Source: Paraspadella gotoi (taxonomy: Eukaryota > Animalia > Chaetognatha). From it: DNA of 64,000 nucleotides. Both the position numbers and the translations under genes were made by a program. Below are positions 1 through 15,240 of this stretch, piece after piece. The notes below the pieces were generated by a model. That model searched no databases and was not told the origin of the DNA. It worked only from the letters and a program-made list of their open reading frames with translations. Each line of letters opens with the position of its first letter. The first letter of the stretch is position 1. The stretch lies in NCBI GenBank assembly GCA_051294375.1, contig CM119265.1, forward strand, positions 8,936,772-9,000,771, given 5' to 3'.

Positions 1-589
<589 letters not shown>

Positions 590-590
<1 letters not shown>

Positions 591-1019
591 GAAAAAAAAC
601 CCGCCGATTTTTTCTCCTTCAATCCACGAAAGTTTTTTTTTTTTTTCTCAAGATTTTATTTTTAAAAATAAAAAAAAAAAAAAAAAAAAAAAAAGTCGAA
701 TTTTCTTCGGATTTCTGTTTTTGCCCTTCTCGCTTTCGCTCCTCCCTCTCTCTCTTTCCTCCCTCCCTCCTCTCCTCCTTCCTCCCCTCCCCTCCCCCTC
801 CCTCACCCCCCTCTCCATTCCCATCCCACTATCTTTTTCCTATCCCCCCCCCCATCTTCCTTCCCCTCCTTCTTTCCCCCTTCTCTCTTCCTCCACCATT
901 TCCCCTCCTCCCCCTCCGCATCCTCCACCTCCCACCACCTCTCTACCCCCCCTTCTCCCCTTCCCCCTCTTTCCCGATCTCCCTCCCCCCTCTTTTCTTT
1001 TTTTCCCTTTATTCTCTCA

Positions 1020-1050
<31 letters not shown>

Positions 1051-1086
1051 CTCTCCTCTTTTTTCCGGGCTAACCCTCTTCTGACT

Positions 1087-1126
<40 letters not shown>

Positions 1127-1187
1127 CTTTAAAACCGGAGGACGGATACAACAGATTCGGAAAAAGGGAGGAAATTAGGGAAATTTC

Positions 1188-1220
<33 letters not shown>

Positions 1221-2018
1221 GCTCTCCTCTCTCTTCTCTCTCTCTCTCTCTCTCTCTCTCATTTCTTCTTCCTTTTCTTTTTGTTTTGACGTGTGATTTA
1301 CGTGCGAGATCAAAGCTTCGAAACGACTTTGAGAGGATCGACGACGATAACGATGACGGAACGATTTGATGACGACGATGACGATGAAGACGATGACGAT
1401 GACGATGACAAAGAGACGATGAAACGATGACAACGCACAAAGAAGACAGCGAACAACCATAAATAATACTATGACGGATGAAGAAGACGTCAGCTATGAT
1501 AAAGAAGGACAATATAAGTTCACATTCGATAACAACCGTGACTGCATTGAGAATGGACATTGTTGTTCGTGCGTTGATCATCTTATTTCATCGTCGTCGT
1601 CATCGTCATAGTCATGAACATCTTAGTTAATCTCAATGGACATCTTATTTTAACAACGACACATGACCGACAATGACAACCGATCGCGTCAGTCATTTGT
1701 TTGGAATGGAATCCAAAACGAGGCTGAGGAGAAATGGTTGTGGTCGGCTGTTGAGTTGGAAATTAGGTTGAAGTCAGTTGAATATTCGCATGGGGTGTCA
1801 CAACTTTTTTTCTGGTGCAGCATCCAATGCTGCAAATCAAAACGCGGAAAGGCTAAAGAAAAGTCAAATCTTCCCGAGGGGGCGAAGGAGAAGGGAGTGC
1901 GTGTAGAGTGGCGGTGAGGGGAGGGGGAGTTGGCCGGAGTTGGGAGCGAAAGGCGAAGTTCATAAATCGAAGAAACTCGAGACTTAAATCTCCATTTCTC
2001 TTTTCTATCTTTTTCTTT

Positions 2019-2102
<84 letters not shown>

Positions 2103-2468
2103 AGAGAAGAGAGAAGAGAGAGAGAGAGGGGGATAATCACAATTAATCATGATGATGATAATGAAGATCGGCCAGAGTTAGTAGAGCCCGATGTACTACC
2201 ATTGGTAAGGTCAAGTAATGGAAGGGGAGGTGAGGCAAATGTTTTAAAGAAAAAAGGGGACGAGGGGAAGAGAGAAAATCGAGGGAGGGGGAGAGGGAGA
2301 AATGAGGGAGGGAAAGAGGGTGGAGCGAGGGAGGAAAGAAACGGAAAAGAGAGGTGGTCTCATGACTAAAGGGGAGGACAGGGAATTAAGTTAATTAGAG
2401 GTTTTTTCGACAAAAAAGGGAGGGAACATGCGAGAAGGAAAGAGAGAAAGAAAGAAAGAAAGAAAGAG

Positions 2469-2559
<91 letters not shown>

Positions 2560-2987
2560 ATGAATGAATGAATGAATGAAACAAAAAAGAAATTTTCATC
2601 ATTACAACAAAAAATGTAAGAAAGATATAAGACGATGACAATAATTACAAGAAAGGCAACAGCAAACAAAAAGGAAAAAAAAAGGAACAAAATTAATTGA
2701 AAAACAAAATTAGTTCCAGGAATGTGAGATAAACTGATATCTAACTGAGAGGCTGGAAAATGACTCGACTTTGCACCGAAACAAATTAAGGGATGCGTCG
2801 AAAATTTTCCGCTGAAAAATGTTCCGAGTGACAGAAAGCCCACTTTAAAAGGGCAAATGAAAACGACGACGACGACGACGACGACGAAAACAAAGGTAAG
2901 GGTTCATTGATTCTGAGATTTTCCCCGCGGGCAAATGAATTAGGGGTAAGTCTATTTTGCCGTTGAATCGAAGGCGTCTGGTTTTTA

Positions 2988-3019
<32 letters not shown>

Positions 3020-5051
3020 TAATGTCATCGTTAGTGACAAGAGTTGCTCTCGTTGTTTTTGTCGTGACCGTCGTCGTCGTCGTTGTCGTCGTCGTCGTCG
3101 TCGAGATCGTCGTCGTCGAGATCGTCGTTTTTGATTAACTCACCTTTTTCGCGTCACGCGAAGAACCAGTTATTCATCGCTCGTCAAAATAAAAAAATAA
3201 AAAAAAACCTCACTGTTTTTAGCCTTTTCCTCTTTTGAAAAAAAAAGGGAAAAAAAAAGGAAAAACCTCTCTTCCCTCCCCCCCCTTTTTTTTTCCTTCT
3301 TTAATCTTTTAACCGAAAATTTTAATCAAAATAATTTGTTGCCGACAAAAGGACATCTTTGTTGTCGGAGGAAACTGGAAGGTCGGGGGATTTTTCGGGT
3401 CGACGAAAGAGGCGAGAGACGAACGAGGAAACGAACGAATAGAAACGAACGAATAGAAAGGAAATGAAGGACGGGAACCTCAAATTAATGGGAGAAGAAA
3501 GTCATTAGATAATTGGAATGAAAGGGAAAAGAGGACACGGACGTTTTGGCGGCGAAGGAACGAATCTTTCGTGCGAAGGAACTTCGTCGTATTCAAGGTT
3601 TCGCGTTTTTGTTTTGGTCTCTTTCTTCGTGCTTTGCGAGTTTCGATCGCAGTGTTTTCGTAGTCAAATTAATAGTTTATTTCTGTATTTTTTAAAAACG
3701 ATACTAAACTGATTTCAAAGTCGCTTGCTGTGGAAAACAATCCAAACAAAATGACGTTCATAAATTACTTTTTTCTCGTATTGTGATCAGAGCGATTCTC
3801 TGCATTCGTTTTACTGACCGGAACTGACCAGTGACCAGAACTGAACTCCGCAAGAAAAAAACAAAACATAAAAATAGTCAGGACAATCAGGAGGCAACGA
3901 ACAAGAAGATTACAAATCCTTCGCCCCCCCCCCTCGGACCCAATCACTGTTTCTTTCTTTCATTTATTTTTCCATCTTTTCTTTTTCTTTCCCCGATTCT
4001 TCAATTCCATTTGGGTCTCGTTCTCTCTCGGGTTCGACGCGCTCATTACTTTCGATCACGATAATTCGATTGCATCCATTCTCTTTTCTTACTCCTCTCT
4101 CTTTCTCTCTCTCTATGCTCTCTTTCTCTTTCTCTCTCCTCTCTCTCCTTCTCTCGTCCTCTCTTCTCTCTCTCTCTTCTCTCTCTCTCTTCTCTCTCCT
4201 CATCTCTCTCTCCTCTCTGTTATTTCGTTGCAATCTCCGATATATATAATTTGATTAGACCCTTTTCCAGATTTTTTTTTCTGACAATTAACCAATCGGC
4301 TCCGCGGTTTTATATAATCAACTAACATACATTCGCCGTGTAACCCAATTCATTCGTGCGATTCGTTGACTCGCTCGTTCTCGATATATAATAATAAGAC
4401 GTGGTTATCACTAATCACTAATCACTAATCGGTTGCTTAGTTCATTGATGGTTTTTTTTGTTTTTCATCCGTCGTTGTGGTCGTGTCGTAATCGTCGCCT
4501 TCGATCGATCGCATTATCGACGATTAGAATCGCCCTGATATATCTGATGGTCGTTCTTCTTTTTTTTTCTTCTTTTACTAGTTTTCTTGTTTTGTTTTTT
4601 TCGTTTTCTTTTCTGTTTGTATCTATTTTTTTTTACCTTACTTTCTTCCTCACCTTCTTGACTTACTTTCTTATTACGTTCCTATCTCTACCTATTTCTT
4701 ACCATTGTCTTCTTCCCTTCGCGCCTTCCTTTCTCTGCTCTGCTTCTCTCTCATCCTCTCTCATCTTCTCTCTCTTCCTCTCTCTCTCATCGTCTCTCTT
4801 CTCTCTTTCTCTCCTCCTTCGCATAACTCGCTCAAGGTAAATTTTCTCTTTCCTTTGTCTTTTCGTCTCTCCTCTTTTTCCATCTTTTTTTTGGGCTCAA
4901 CTTCGTCTTCCACCTGCAATCATCCCGTCGCGGTGAACCTCCTCCTCCTTCCTCCTCCTCCTCCTCCTCCTCTTCTTCTTCTTCTTTATCCTTCTTCTAC
5001 TCTCTCTCCTTCCTCTATTCCTCTTCCGCTGCTATCGCCGCCTCCTCTTTC
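590..5051 (+). repeat. Duplicated block A, copy 1 (copy 2 at ~17445-22200)
   Basis: Colinear shared unique anchors: gtcgaatt..cggatttctgtttttgcc (695/17512), gatgtactaccattggtaaggtcaag (2190/18863), aatcgccctga (4528/21663). Differences are mostly 1-nt indels. Ends at a 25-N gap (5052-5076). Confidence 0.93.
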
Positions 5052-5091
5052 NNNNNNNNNNNNNNNNNNNNNNNNNTCTCTATTTCGGTTT

Positions 5092-5141
<50 letters not shown>

Positions 5142-5224
5142 TCTCTCTCCAACTTTTCTTTCTCTCCCTCCTTAGATCTAATCCTCGATCATCTATCTAT
5201 CTCTCTCTCTCTCTTCTCTTCTCT

Positions 5225-5272
<48 letters not shown>

Positions 5273-6960
5273 CTCTCTCTCCCTTTCTTACTCCCTCTCT
5301 CTCTCCCTCCCTCTCTCCCTCCCTTCCTTTCCTTCTCGTTCACGGCAAAGTTGTCCCCCCATTAAATCGAAGCGCGTGTCCCCAAACTAGCGGCCCGGCG
5401 CTGAGTCTGGCATTGGATCAGGCAAGAGGAAGGAGGAGAGAGGAGGAAGGTAGGAGGAGGAGGAGGAAAGGAGGAAGGATGAGGGTAGTGTTGCTCCAGC
5501 GGGAGAGCAACTCAGAGAGCGGTACATGACTTGCGCCTTGGGAGGTGAACATGTAAGGTGAGAGGGGAAGAGGAGAGGGGAGAGGGATCAAGAAGCGGAG
5601 AAGAGAGAAATATATTTATTTGTGTTGTTTAAATTTTTACCAAATAGTGAAGATTTTATTACGTATATATTACAAACTTATTTTAAAATTAACAATTTAT
5701 CAACGCAACATGTAAAAAAACCTACTCACTGCTAAGATAATTTTAAATTAGTTTTAAAATGGCAACACAAAATACAATACGTAAAGCAGTATCTATATGT
5801 TACGATAATTTAATTTTTCCTTTCGTTATCATCGGATTTGGCTTTCACGGGATAATAGTTTATCAAAAAAAATAAAAGCTTGAATACTAGCTAAATATGG
5901 TTAGTTTACGAAGCAAACAGGTTCAGTTCCATTCGGGTCATTTTTTTTTACTGAAGAAAAGGTCGAAAGAGCAGCGGGAGAGCTCGGATCGGAAAGGTGT
6001 GGGAACCGGAGGGTGTCAGATTTATAGTGGACATGGTGTGGGAGGAGATGATTGAACTCATTGCTCATGACGGTTCGAAGGCCAAAGCCGCCTAAAAAGG
6101 CAGAGAAACAAAGGAGGATGGAGAGAGATTGAAGGAAAGGAAGCGCGAGGGAATAGAGTGTAGTGGTAGGAAAACGGAAAGAAAAGAAAAGAACGCGGAT
6201 TTGGACTAATCATGCGGACAAAAGAGGCGAGATTAAAGAAGTAAAGACGAAACGACGGACGACGACTGACGCACGATGACGAGGAAGTTAGGACGGAAAA
6301 AGTGAGTAATGTAGATCGGAGTCAGGAAATGGAAGAGATGTATGGTAAGGCCCAAAGAGACGGGGCGATATCTGTGGCGACGGGCCAGGGGCATGGTGGG
6401 AAAGCACGAGGAAGGAAGGGGTAGCAGGGAGAAGCAGGGGTGATTTCGGTGGGGAGCGATATCGGAAAAAGTTTCTTTTAAGCTGAATATTTTATTCATT
6501 TCTGTTCGGAATCTGTGATATTTCAAAGAGCCACTTATCCTGCAGGCGAGGGGGTTCATATTGCCCTACTTGAGAAAGATGTATTCCAAAGAAATGTACG
6601 ATTCATCTATATCATTGATAAATAATTTCAATTTAATTTGAAATAAAGAAATTAGACCAAAAAAAGACAAACATATAATGATTCAAATGAATAAATTATA
6701 TATATATAATATATATAACGATTTTTCGTTTTTATATTCGAAGGGCACTTTCACAAATCTGGGCTTCAGTAGACGCCCGTTCATCTCGCTGCTCGACATT
6801 TTCTGATCCTGGAGATGCAAAGAGAGAGAGAGACAGACGTGGCCCAACTCTGTCTTCTCGATTTCTGCTGCGTTTCTTGTCGATTTGTATCTCCTTTCTC
6901 GTCTTTTTTCGGTCTTTCCCACTCGTATTGAGTTACCGATTAAAATTCGCTCGTTCTGAT

Positions 6961-7067
<107 letters not shown>

Positions 7068-10000
7068 CCCCACGACCCCAGCCCTAATATGGCGCATATC
7101 CCGCCTATCTTCCCTCGCCTTCGCATTGCGATAACTAAATCCCCGCCTATTTCGACCGTAATCCACGCGCTAAGAATTTAAAGCCGAAGAAAATCCCTGT
7201 GGAATGTGTTGGACCGAATCCGCCGAAAGGGGGCGGTTTGAAAGGCTGGCGCGGTGGTAGGGGGGGTTGGTGTGGCTCGGGCTGGTAGATGAGACCGACA
7301 ATAAAAAGGGAGCGATATCTTTTACGGATTCGTTCCGAGGATCTGTGACATGGGATTAGAACGTAGAGAAAGAATGGGGGAAAGGAAACAGAGTTCAATA
7401 GTAGTCGCAGAGAGTGAAAGTTTGCACGCCTTATGACATAAAATTTCACAATATAACATATAATATATACATAAAAAAAAAGAAATCGCTTCCTTTTTTA
7501 GACAATTTCTTTTAAAAACTAATGCATATTGTAGTATTAAAGATATTATCAGATATTTTTTTTATTCTTTGTCGTTGCTAAGAAAACATAATTTCTAACC
7601 CTTTAATATGTGGTTTGAGATGACGCGATGTTATTTTTTATGACAAAAAAGGAAACAAAAGTGGTTGGTTTACTGTAGTGATTTTACAATCACGGTAACT
7701 GGGACCTGTGGCACAAAAGATTCGATTGAAACCACATTAAAAAAATTTAAGAGAATAGCCGTGAAATATGGGGTGATTCAACTTCTCTCTCTCACAGTAT
7801 CGTTCATTGCTGCGATTGTTAATCAGCATCTTTTTGAAGGGTGGCGTTTTCAAACGTTTCCTACGTTTCTGTTTAAGACTTAGGGTCCGTTGATGAACAA
7901 CTTTATTACCTTGGATCGCTAGTGCTTTCTACTAGTTGGCTTTGCGGGAAATTAAATGTTGGTTATGTTCAACGAACTGTCTCAAGTGTAGAAAGTTGCA
8001 ACAAGCGTCAGGCGTTAAAGATCAATATACATATACATTTTCTGTTACAAAAACTCTCCCCCTCTCTCTCTATCCCCCTCTTCATATCGACAGATTCGTG
8101 TTATCTTTTCACAGAAGTTTATCTGATGAAATCAAAACAGCCTCTCTCTCTCTTCTTTCTCTCTCTCTCTTCTCCTCTCTCTCTCCTCTTCTCTCTCTCT
8201 CCCTCTCTTCTCTCTCTCTCTCTCTCTTAATTGAATCGCGACGTCCTGCCTGTAACTCGATGACGTCGTTTTATGTTTTTCCTCCCCCGTATTTTTTGTT
8301 CGTCCAAAGTATCATATGTTATAATATGTATTTAACATTTCTTAGTATTACATGATATGCATTTCATATTATTAGCGACCTATATTTTCGAGGGACATCC
8401 ATTCGATTGCGTGTAATTTACTTTATGTCAACAATTATTTATTTATATTATTATTATTATTATATTTAATTATTTTTAATTATTTATTATTATTATATCT
8501 TTTTATATTCTTTTCTGTTATTTTTTTTATCTCTCGTTGTTTCAGTTTGTTTTCAAGCAACGATTTGAATTTCAGATCCTTATTTTTCTCTTTTAATTTT
8601 CTTCATCTCCGCTTTTTTCGTCTCGAAATCTTTCCTCCTTTTTTCTCTGCTTTTTTCTGGTGTGTTCGAGGAATTCATCTTCTCCCTTTCTTTTCCTCTA
8701 CAATTCTTCTTCCTCTCCTTTCCTCGTCCTTTCCTCCTCTCCCCTCTCTCTCTCCTCCTCTTCTTCATTTGATCGGCAGAAGCCTTCACCCTGTTGCGTG
8801 ATGAGGAATCGACTTCGTCGTCGTCGTTCGCTTTCTTCCTCCCTCCTCCTCCTCTTTCATTCTCCTCATCCTCTTCCCCCTCTTCGGATCGAACTTACCT
8901 TTCCGATCTCACACCGCCGGCCTTTCCCGACCTTTGATTCTGCGCGGGATGTAGCATGCGAACATAGACTCCACTGGAAATTCTCTCTCCGTATTTTCCA
9001 TTCGCGTCCAGAATTTTTTTTTTTCATCGTAAACGCAGAAACTTTGTCGGCAAAGTTGTCATCCACTGACAAATACTTCGTCAAACTTTTTGTTTTATCT
9101 CTGCAGTTGTCATTCATTTTCCGTCGACCGGAAAACTGACTAACGGGAAATCTCCATAATTTTTTTTCCCCGCGTTCGACTCTCTGTCTCTTTTTTAAAC
9201 GATGAAAGATTACATACCTATTGACGTTTACCAAAATCGAAAATTAAAAACGGGGAGACGAGAAAGGAGAGAGACGCGTTGTCGAAAGTAATTAATCCAC
9301 CGGATGACATCTGCAGAAAAGTAAAGTGAGACAAGAGATATGAGATCTTTTGTTTTCCGCCGACGACGCCCGTACGAATGAAGAAAAATGACCGCCTCCG
9401 TCTGCTTCTGCTTTTCTATCGAAAACAATAATGATAAAAACTTAAACAAAACAAAGCAAAAAAAAGTAAACAAATTAAAAATACACCAATTTGGCATACA
9501 AAAAACATGGAAACCCAACAAGGAGAATTTGAAGGTGAGGGCTTGAAAAGAGGGAAAAACTAAAAATATACATTTAATCTAGTCTTGTAAGTATATATTG
9601 CATATAATGCCGACACTTATTTGTAGGAAGACTTCTTATATTTTAATCAAAACTTGATATTAAAAAGTTCTTCTTTTGAACGAACATTTTGTGTCCAAAA
9701 AATATGGATTTTTTTCAAAAAGGTTTCAGTGCTTTTATTTCTCTGAAACTTAAAAAAAAAATCTGAAATCAATTAAAAAAAAAAAAAATTAAAAATTTTT
9801 CTTTGAAAATAAAAAAAAAAATCCTTTTATTTCGTTCTCGTTCTTCAATTTTTGCAGAATTTTTTCCGTGTTTGTTTACTGTTTGATAAAGCGGAAAACA
9901 AAACCGTCAAAAAGAAAAAGAGAGAGAGCATGATAGAGAGACAGAGCAAATTTGAAACAAATCTAGAAATAAAAATTTGAAAAAAAAATAATAGAAAGTT

Positions 10001-10353
10001 TAAAGAGTATGGAAAGAAGGATGCTAAAGGAAAAAGAAAGAAAAAAAGAAACAAATGAAAGAAAGGGGAAAAGAAAGGAAAGAAAAACGAGAAGAAGAAA
10101 GAGAAAAGAAAGAAAGAATAGAAAGAAAGCAAAAAAGATTGAAAAAAAATATGCGCAAAAGATTCGCTCGATTCCCTCCTTCTCTCTTCCTCCCTTTTTT
10201 CCTTTCTATTTTCTCTTTTTTCTCTTTCTCTTTTTTTTTTCTTCTTTTTTTCCTTCATTTTTTTTCTCTTTTTTGAAATGATAATGCAAATGAGGCGCCG
10301 ACATTTCCCTGGGGAAAACATTGGTTCGTAGTGTGAAACGCTCGCCTAAATAA

Positions 10354-10388
<35 letters not shown>

Positions 10389-10410
10389 TGAGAGAGACGA
10401 GAGAGGAGAG

Positions 10411-10452
<42 letters not shown>

Positions 10453-11250
10453 CTTTTTTTTTGGCTATTCGTCGAAAATTTTTTTTCTTATTTTTGGTCT
10501 CGAATAATTTTATTGTTTTTTTTATCTGGATTCTGATGGTTCAAAGATTCCCGAAAACCCGATTTTTCCCTTCGCTGCTATTGGCCTAAAAAATTTTTAT
10601 TCTTCCATTTTATCAAAATGTAAATTAGCAGTTTTTTTTCTCTTTTACTTAAAGATATTTCGAAAGGAATTTCTTCGGTTTTCTATCGCGGGACTCATAT
10701 TTTCAACAGTTCCCTTTAAACTGTACATTAATTTTATAGATATGATTATAGCACATCTGATCATTCGTAGCCATCATCAAATGATCGAAAATGACTTATT
10801 TCTATTCTTATTACTATTTACTTATGTTTTAACTTTTTTCAAAGTTACTTCGAGAATCGTAATAAACATAAGTGATGTAACTGCGCATTGACGATGTATT
10901 TTCGAAGCATAACAACGAGTATCAGCGACGGATGTTATCGCTTATTATATTATCTGTAATTTCTGGTATTTGTGTATCGAAAATCTAGTCGGCTCAGGAA
11001 TTCAATCCACTAGCAAAAAGCCAACCGGGTTTTTTTTTCAATATTTTTTTTTTTCCCCGTAAACTTTTTTAAATATTTTTTTCCGCCATTGACTACGCCG
11101 CTTAGTTTCTTGCCTCGTTATGAATTGCTGCTACCGAATGCCCGTCTACCGATTCGCCCACCTGCTTACCACCAGTGGCCGTCAGTCAACATTGGGCGCC
11201 TTGCCAGTTTCCGACGCGACTGCACTCTCTCTCTCTCCTCTCTCTCTTCT

Positions 11251-11282
<32 letters not shown>

Positions 11283-11733
11283 ATTCTCTCTCTCTCCATA
11301 CTCTTTTCTCTCTCTCTCTCTCTGCTCTCTCACTCGAGCAATTATACCTTCCTTCCTTCGTTCGTTTGTTCATCGTTTCGTTTGTTCATTTCGTTCGTTA
11401 TTTCGTTCGTTCGTTCGTTCGTTTCGTTCGTTCGTTCTGTTCGTTCGTTCGTTCGTTGTTCTTCGTTTTCGTTTCGTTCGTTCGTTCAATTCTTTTTTTT
11501 TTTCTTTTCCTTTTCTTTTATTTCTTCTTTAAATTTTTTTATCTTCTTTTTCCATTCCTGTTGTTTTTGCTCTTTCTCTCAATATGTCTTTCTTTCTCGT
11601 CCTACGAAAACTACTGCAAGAAATAATCGTCTTTGAACTATATATTGTTCTTCAACTTTAGTGGCGACTAATTCGAAAACACATAGTGCCAGAAAAAAGT
11701 CGAGAAATTAAAGATGAACAAAAAGTTAAAAAA

Positions 11734-12202
11734 ACAAGACGGTAATTCCAATGTGTTTGACACCCCCGCAGTGTGTCTGCCTTATCATGGTATTTCTCGT
11801 GACATGACAAGAATGACTGACATGGATGGACCCTAATAACTCTGCCCGTGTATTTCTGACACGTCCTGCATCGGAATTTATTTTATTATCTTTATAAGTT
11901 TAGGATTCCTGAGGAGTGGCGCTATGCAGTCTACTTACTTTGATGTTTTTCTGTCTTGACAAATACAGCCAAACTATATGAAGTTCTATGAGCATTTTTA
12001 ACTAAGGGACAACCGGACAGACCCGACCAAAAAGTGACTTATAGAGTTTCTCCGCGAGACTCGCCGCCGCAACTAAGTGAAAGACAGACAGACAGACAGA
12101 CAGACACCCTGACAACAGACAAAAAGACAGACTGACGACCAGACGACTCGAAAAGTGACTTATAGAGTTTCTCCGCGAGTATCGCGCTCGGACGCGACAA
12201 AA
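11734..12202 (-). mobile_element. Second copy of the HINE-like element, with a duplicated terminal module (12077-12202)
   Basis: Shares acaaga..., ccgcagtg..ctgccttatca, tatttctcg.gacatgac, ctgcatcggaatt and aaaagtgactt.tagagtttctccgc...gcaactaa with 60006-60445. The (GACA)n + aaaagtgacttatagagtttctccgcgag end occurs twice in tandem. Left flank is an A-run (T-run on the minus strand). Confidence 0.6.
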
Positions 12203-12678
12203 TGAAAGTTGGAGGAAAAGGAAAAGGAGAAAAAGAGAGGAACATAAATGAAATTCCGAGAGAGAATGAAACTCGCAAAGTTACTCTTCCTCTCTCTCTC
12301 TCTCCTCACTCTCTCTCTCCTTCTCTCTCTCTCTCTTTTTCCAGGACCATTTCCTCGGCAGCGGCGCCGTCGTCAAAGGATTTCCTTCGTTTGTTGCGGA
12401 AAGAAAAAAAAGATAAGAAAAGAGTGATCCATAATTTTTTCAACGAGTTTCAGAGAGAGAGGAGGAGAGAAGAGAGACGAGAGAGAAGAGAGCAGAGAAA
12501 GAGAAAGGAGAAATCTTTTTCGCCTATTTTTTCGCTTTTTTTCTTTTTTCACTTCCTTCGCGAGAAAATTTGGCCCGCGTTCGAGCAATTGCTGATTGCG
12601 TTAATAGGTCCGGAATACCAAAGCAGGAGCGGAAAGAGGGGAGCGAAGAGCGAGACGGAGAAAGAGGTAGAGATTGTA

Positions 12679-12728
<50 letters not shown>

Positions 12729-15208
12729 CTCTCTTTCACTTCTCCCTCCTTCCCTTTCTCCCTTTTTCTTTATGAGTGTCGCGTCGCCAGACTGAAATGA
12801 ACTAAGGTTTTTCCCTCTTTTTTTTTTCAAAATATTTTTTGTTCTGAGGAACATCGCTCTCTGTCTTTTTCTCTTCGCTTCTCGGGGTTTCTCCCTTTTT
12901 CCGATGAAAATGTTTCCTTTTTTCCTTTTTTTCTTTCACTGAGTTTGGGTTTTGTACTTTTTGTTTCTGTTTTTCCTTTGATGCTTCCTTTCTTTCTTTT
13001 TTTTCTTTTTTTTTCTTCTTTCTTTCTTTCTTCTTCTTTTTCTGTCTTTTTAACACATTCTCTTCTTTTTATTATTTCTTCTTTTCTTTTCTTTCTTTCT
13101 AGTCTTTTTTCTGTCCCTTTCTCTTTCTTTCTTCTATCCTAGCTTCCATTTTGACCCGCAATCGCCATTAAAAATCCTTTCAACTTCTACACCTCAACAA
13201 CTTCGCTCTCTTTCCTTTTTCTTCCTCTTTTATCTTTCTTTTGTCGTCGAATGTAAACAACGATTTTCTGCTTCTTATTTTCCATGGAGAAGGAAAACTC
13301 GCGTTCCCATAGAGACAGTGGGGAACCGGGGGAATTTTTGCAATGACGATTGCGACGACGACGATGCCCGAAGACGACGCGACGACGAGAACGACGACGA
13401 CGACGACGAAGAAGAAGAAGAAGAAGAAGGAAGAAGAAGAGAAGAAGAAGAAGAATTAAGAAAGACTTCCTGAAAAGAAAGTTTGTTGAAGCCAAACGGC
13501 ACGTCGTAACTTCTTTTGAAAAGCTTCAGGGTATTTTTTTTCTTTTTTTTCTCTTTTCAAGTTCTCCTTTTTATTTTGTTGTCGTTCTCAGATGCCTTAT
13601 CTTTGACGGTGAAACGGAAAAAAAATATTTTAGCTCGGCGTTAGTTGTACATTCGGATAGAGCTGAGAGAGTCTATGGAGTCTCTCTCTCTCTCTCTCCT
13701 TCCTCTCTTCACTCCTCTCTTTCTCTCTCTCTCTCTCTCCTCTCTCTCTTCTCTCACCTCTCTCTCTCTCTCTCTGGCCATATATTTCTTTCCTGCCCAT
13801 CCCGAAAAGAGGGCGCGAAAAAAGTTCAGAAAAGATTAAGCGCCCGGAAGATTCTTTCTTACACTCATAACTTTCCGCACCTCGAATCTTATTCTTTCCT
13901 TCCTTTCCTCTTCTTTTTCCTTTCTTTTCCTTCCTTTTTTCCTTTATTTGTATTCAAACTTTTTCCAAGTATCGATTCCCTTTCTTTTTCTTTTTCACAA
14001 TCGATTTAATTCTCCGATTTTATTTTCTTCTTCAGTCTTTTATTCCAAGTACGTTTCTTGTCTTTCTTTCTTTCTTTCTTTCTTTTCCTTTCTTTCTTTC
14101 TTTTTCTTTCTTTCTTCTTTCTTTCTTCTTCTTCTTTCTTCTTTCTTTTTCCATTCTTTTCTCGCTTTTGATTTCTTTCTTTCCTATAGTCTTTCTTTTC
14201 ATTTTCATCCTTTTTTCCTCAACTTTGTCTCCTCTCCTTTTTCATTGTCATCACTCCCCCTTCCTCCATCTCCAAAGCCTCCCTTCCATCCCCCTTTCCT
14301 TCCCTCACTACCCCTTCTTCAATCCCCAAAGAGGAAGGAAAAGGAGCGATGCGAAGAAGGAATGAATGCAAAAAAAAGACATCGAGAGAAAGCGGCTGGC
14401 GCCAAGACTTCTCACTACCACTGTTATGAATCCGGAGAAGTTATGGCGCGAGAAGGAAGAGGAGGGAAGGATGAGGAGGGAGAGAGGAGAGAAGAAGGGG
14501 GATTGGGAAAAGAAGGGACGGGGAGAAGAGGATGGACGGAGGAGGAAAGAGATGGCAGGAAGAGAGGGGATGATGGCGAATTGGTAGAGAGGAAAAAAAA
14601 AGCGGTGTTGAAGGATGAGGGAAGAAGGTGAGAGGGGTAGGATGAGGTTAGTATTAGAGATGGAGTAGGAGAGAGGATGATGAGAAAGGGAGAGTGGAAG
14701 AGAGGTGGAAGAGGAAGAGGGGGTGGAGGGGAGAGAAATGGGTAGGCATGTGGCGGAAGCATATGCAATGGAAGGAGAGGACCAGGGGGAGAGAGAGAGA
14801 GAGAGGAGAGAGAGAAGAGAGAGAGGAGAGAGAGGAGAGAAGAGAGAGAGAGAAGAGAGACGGGTAGGGGATTAAATTGAGAGGAAGAAGAACGAGTTCG
14901 ATCTTTTAAAGCGAGAAATTAAAAACCCACTGGATACAATAAAAATAAAAAGAATCGATTTGATTGTGAATAATGTATCAATTATTTTATTATCAAATGT
15001 TTTTAAAATGTAATAAATGCACACATTAAAAAGAATAAACGAAATGAAAATAAATGAAGAAAGAAATTGAGGAAGAAGACAGATAATGGAAAATAAATAA
15101 AGGGAAAAGAAAAGATTAAAGGAGAAAAAAGAAGAATCTGGAAAAAACAAATTGAGTAAATGATGGGGAGAAAAGATGATGATAATCGAAGCGTGGACAG
15201 GATGGAGC

Positions 15209-15240
<32 letters not shown>

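Noticed and set aside
7936-8020. CWLC-x3-CLKC peptide as a possible LIM1 exon
   Set aside because: Lacks the WH-x2-C-x2-C-x2-C spacing and flanking Lhx3 LIM1 residues; no phase-2 donor after an FFK-like end.
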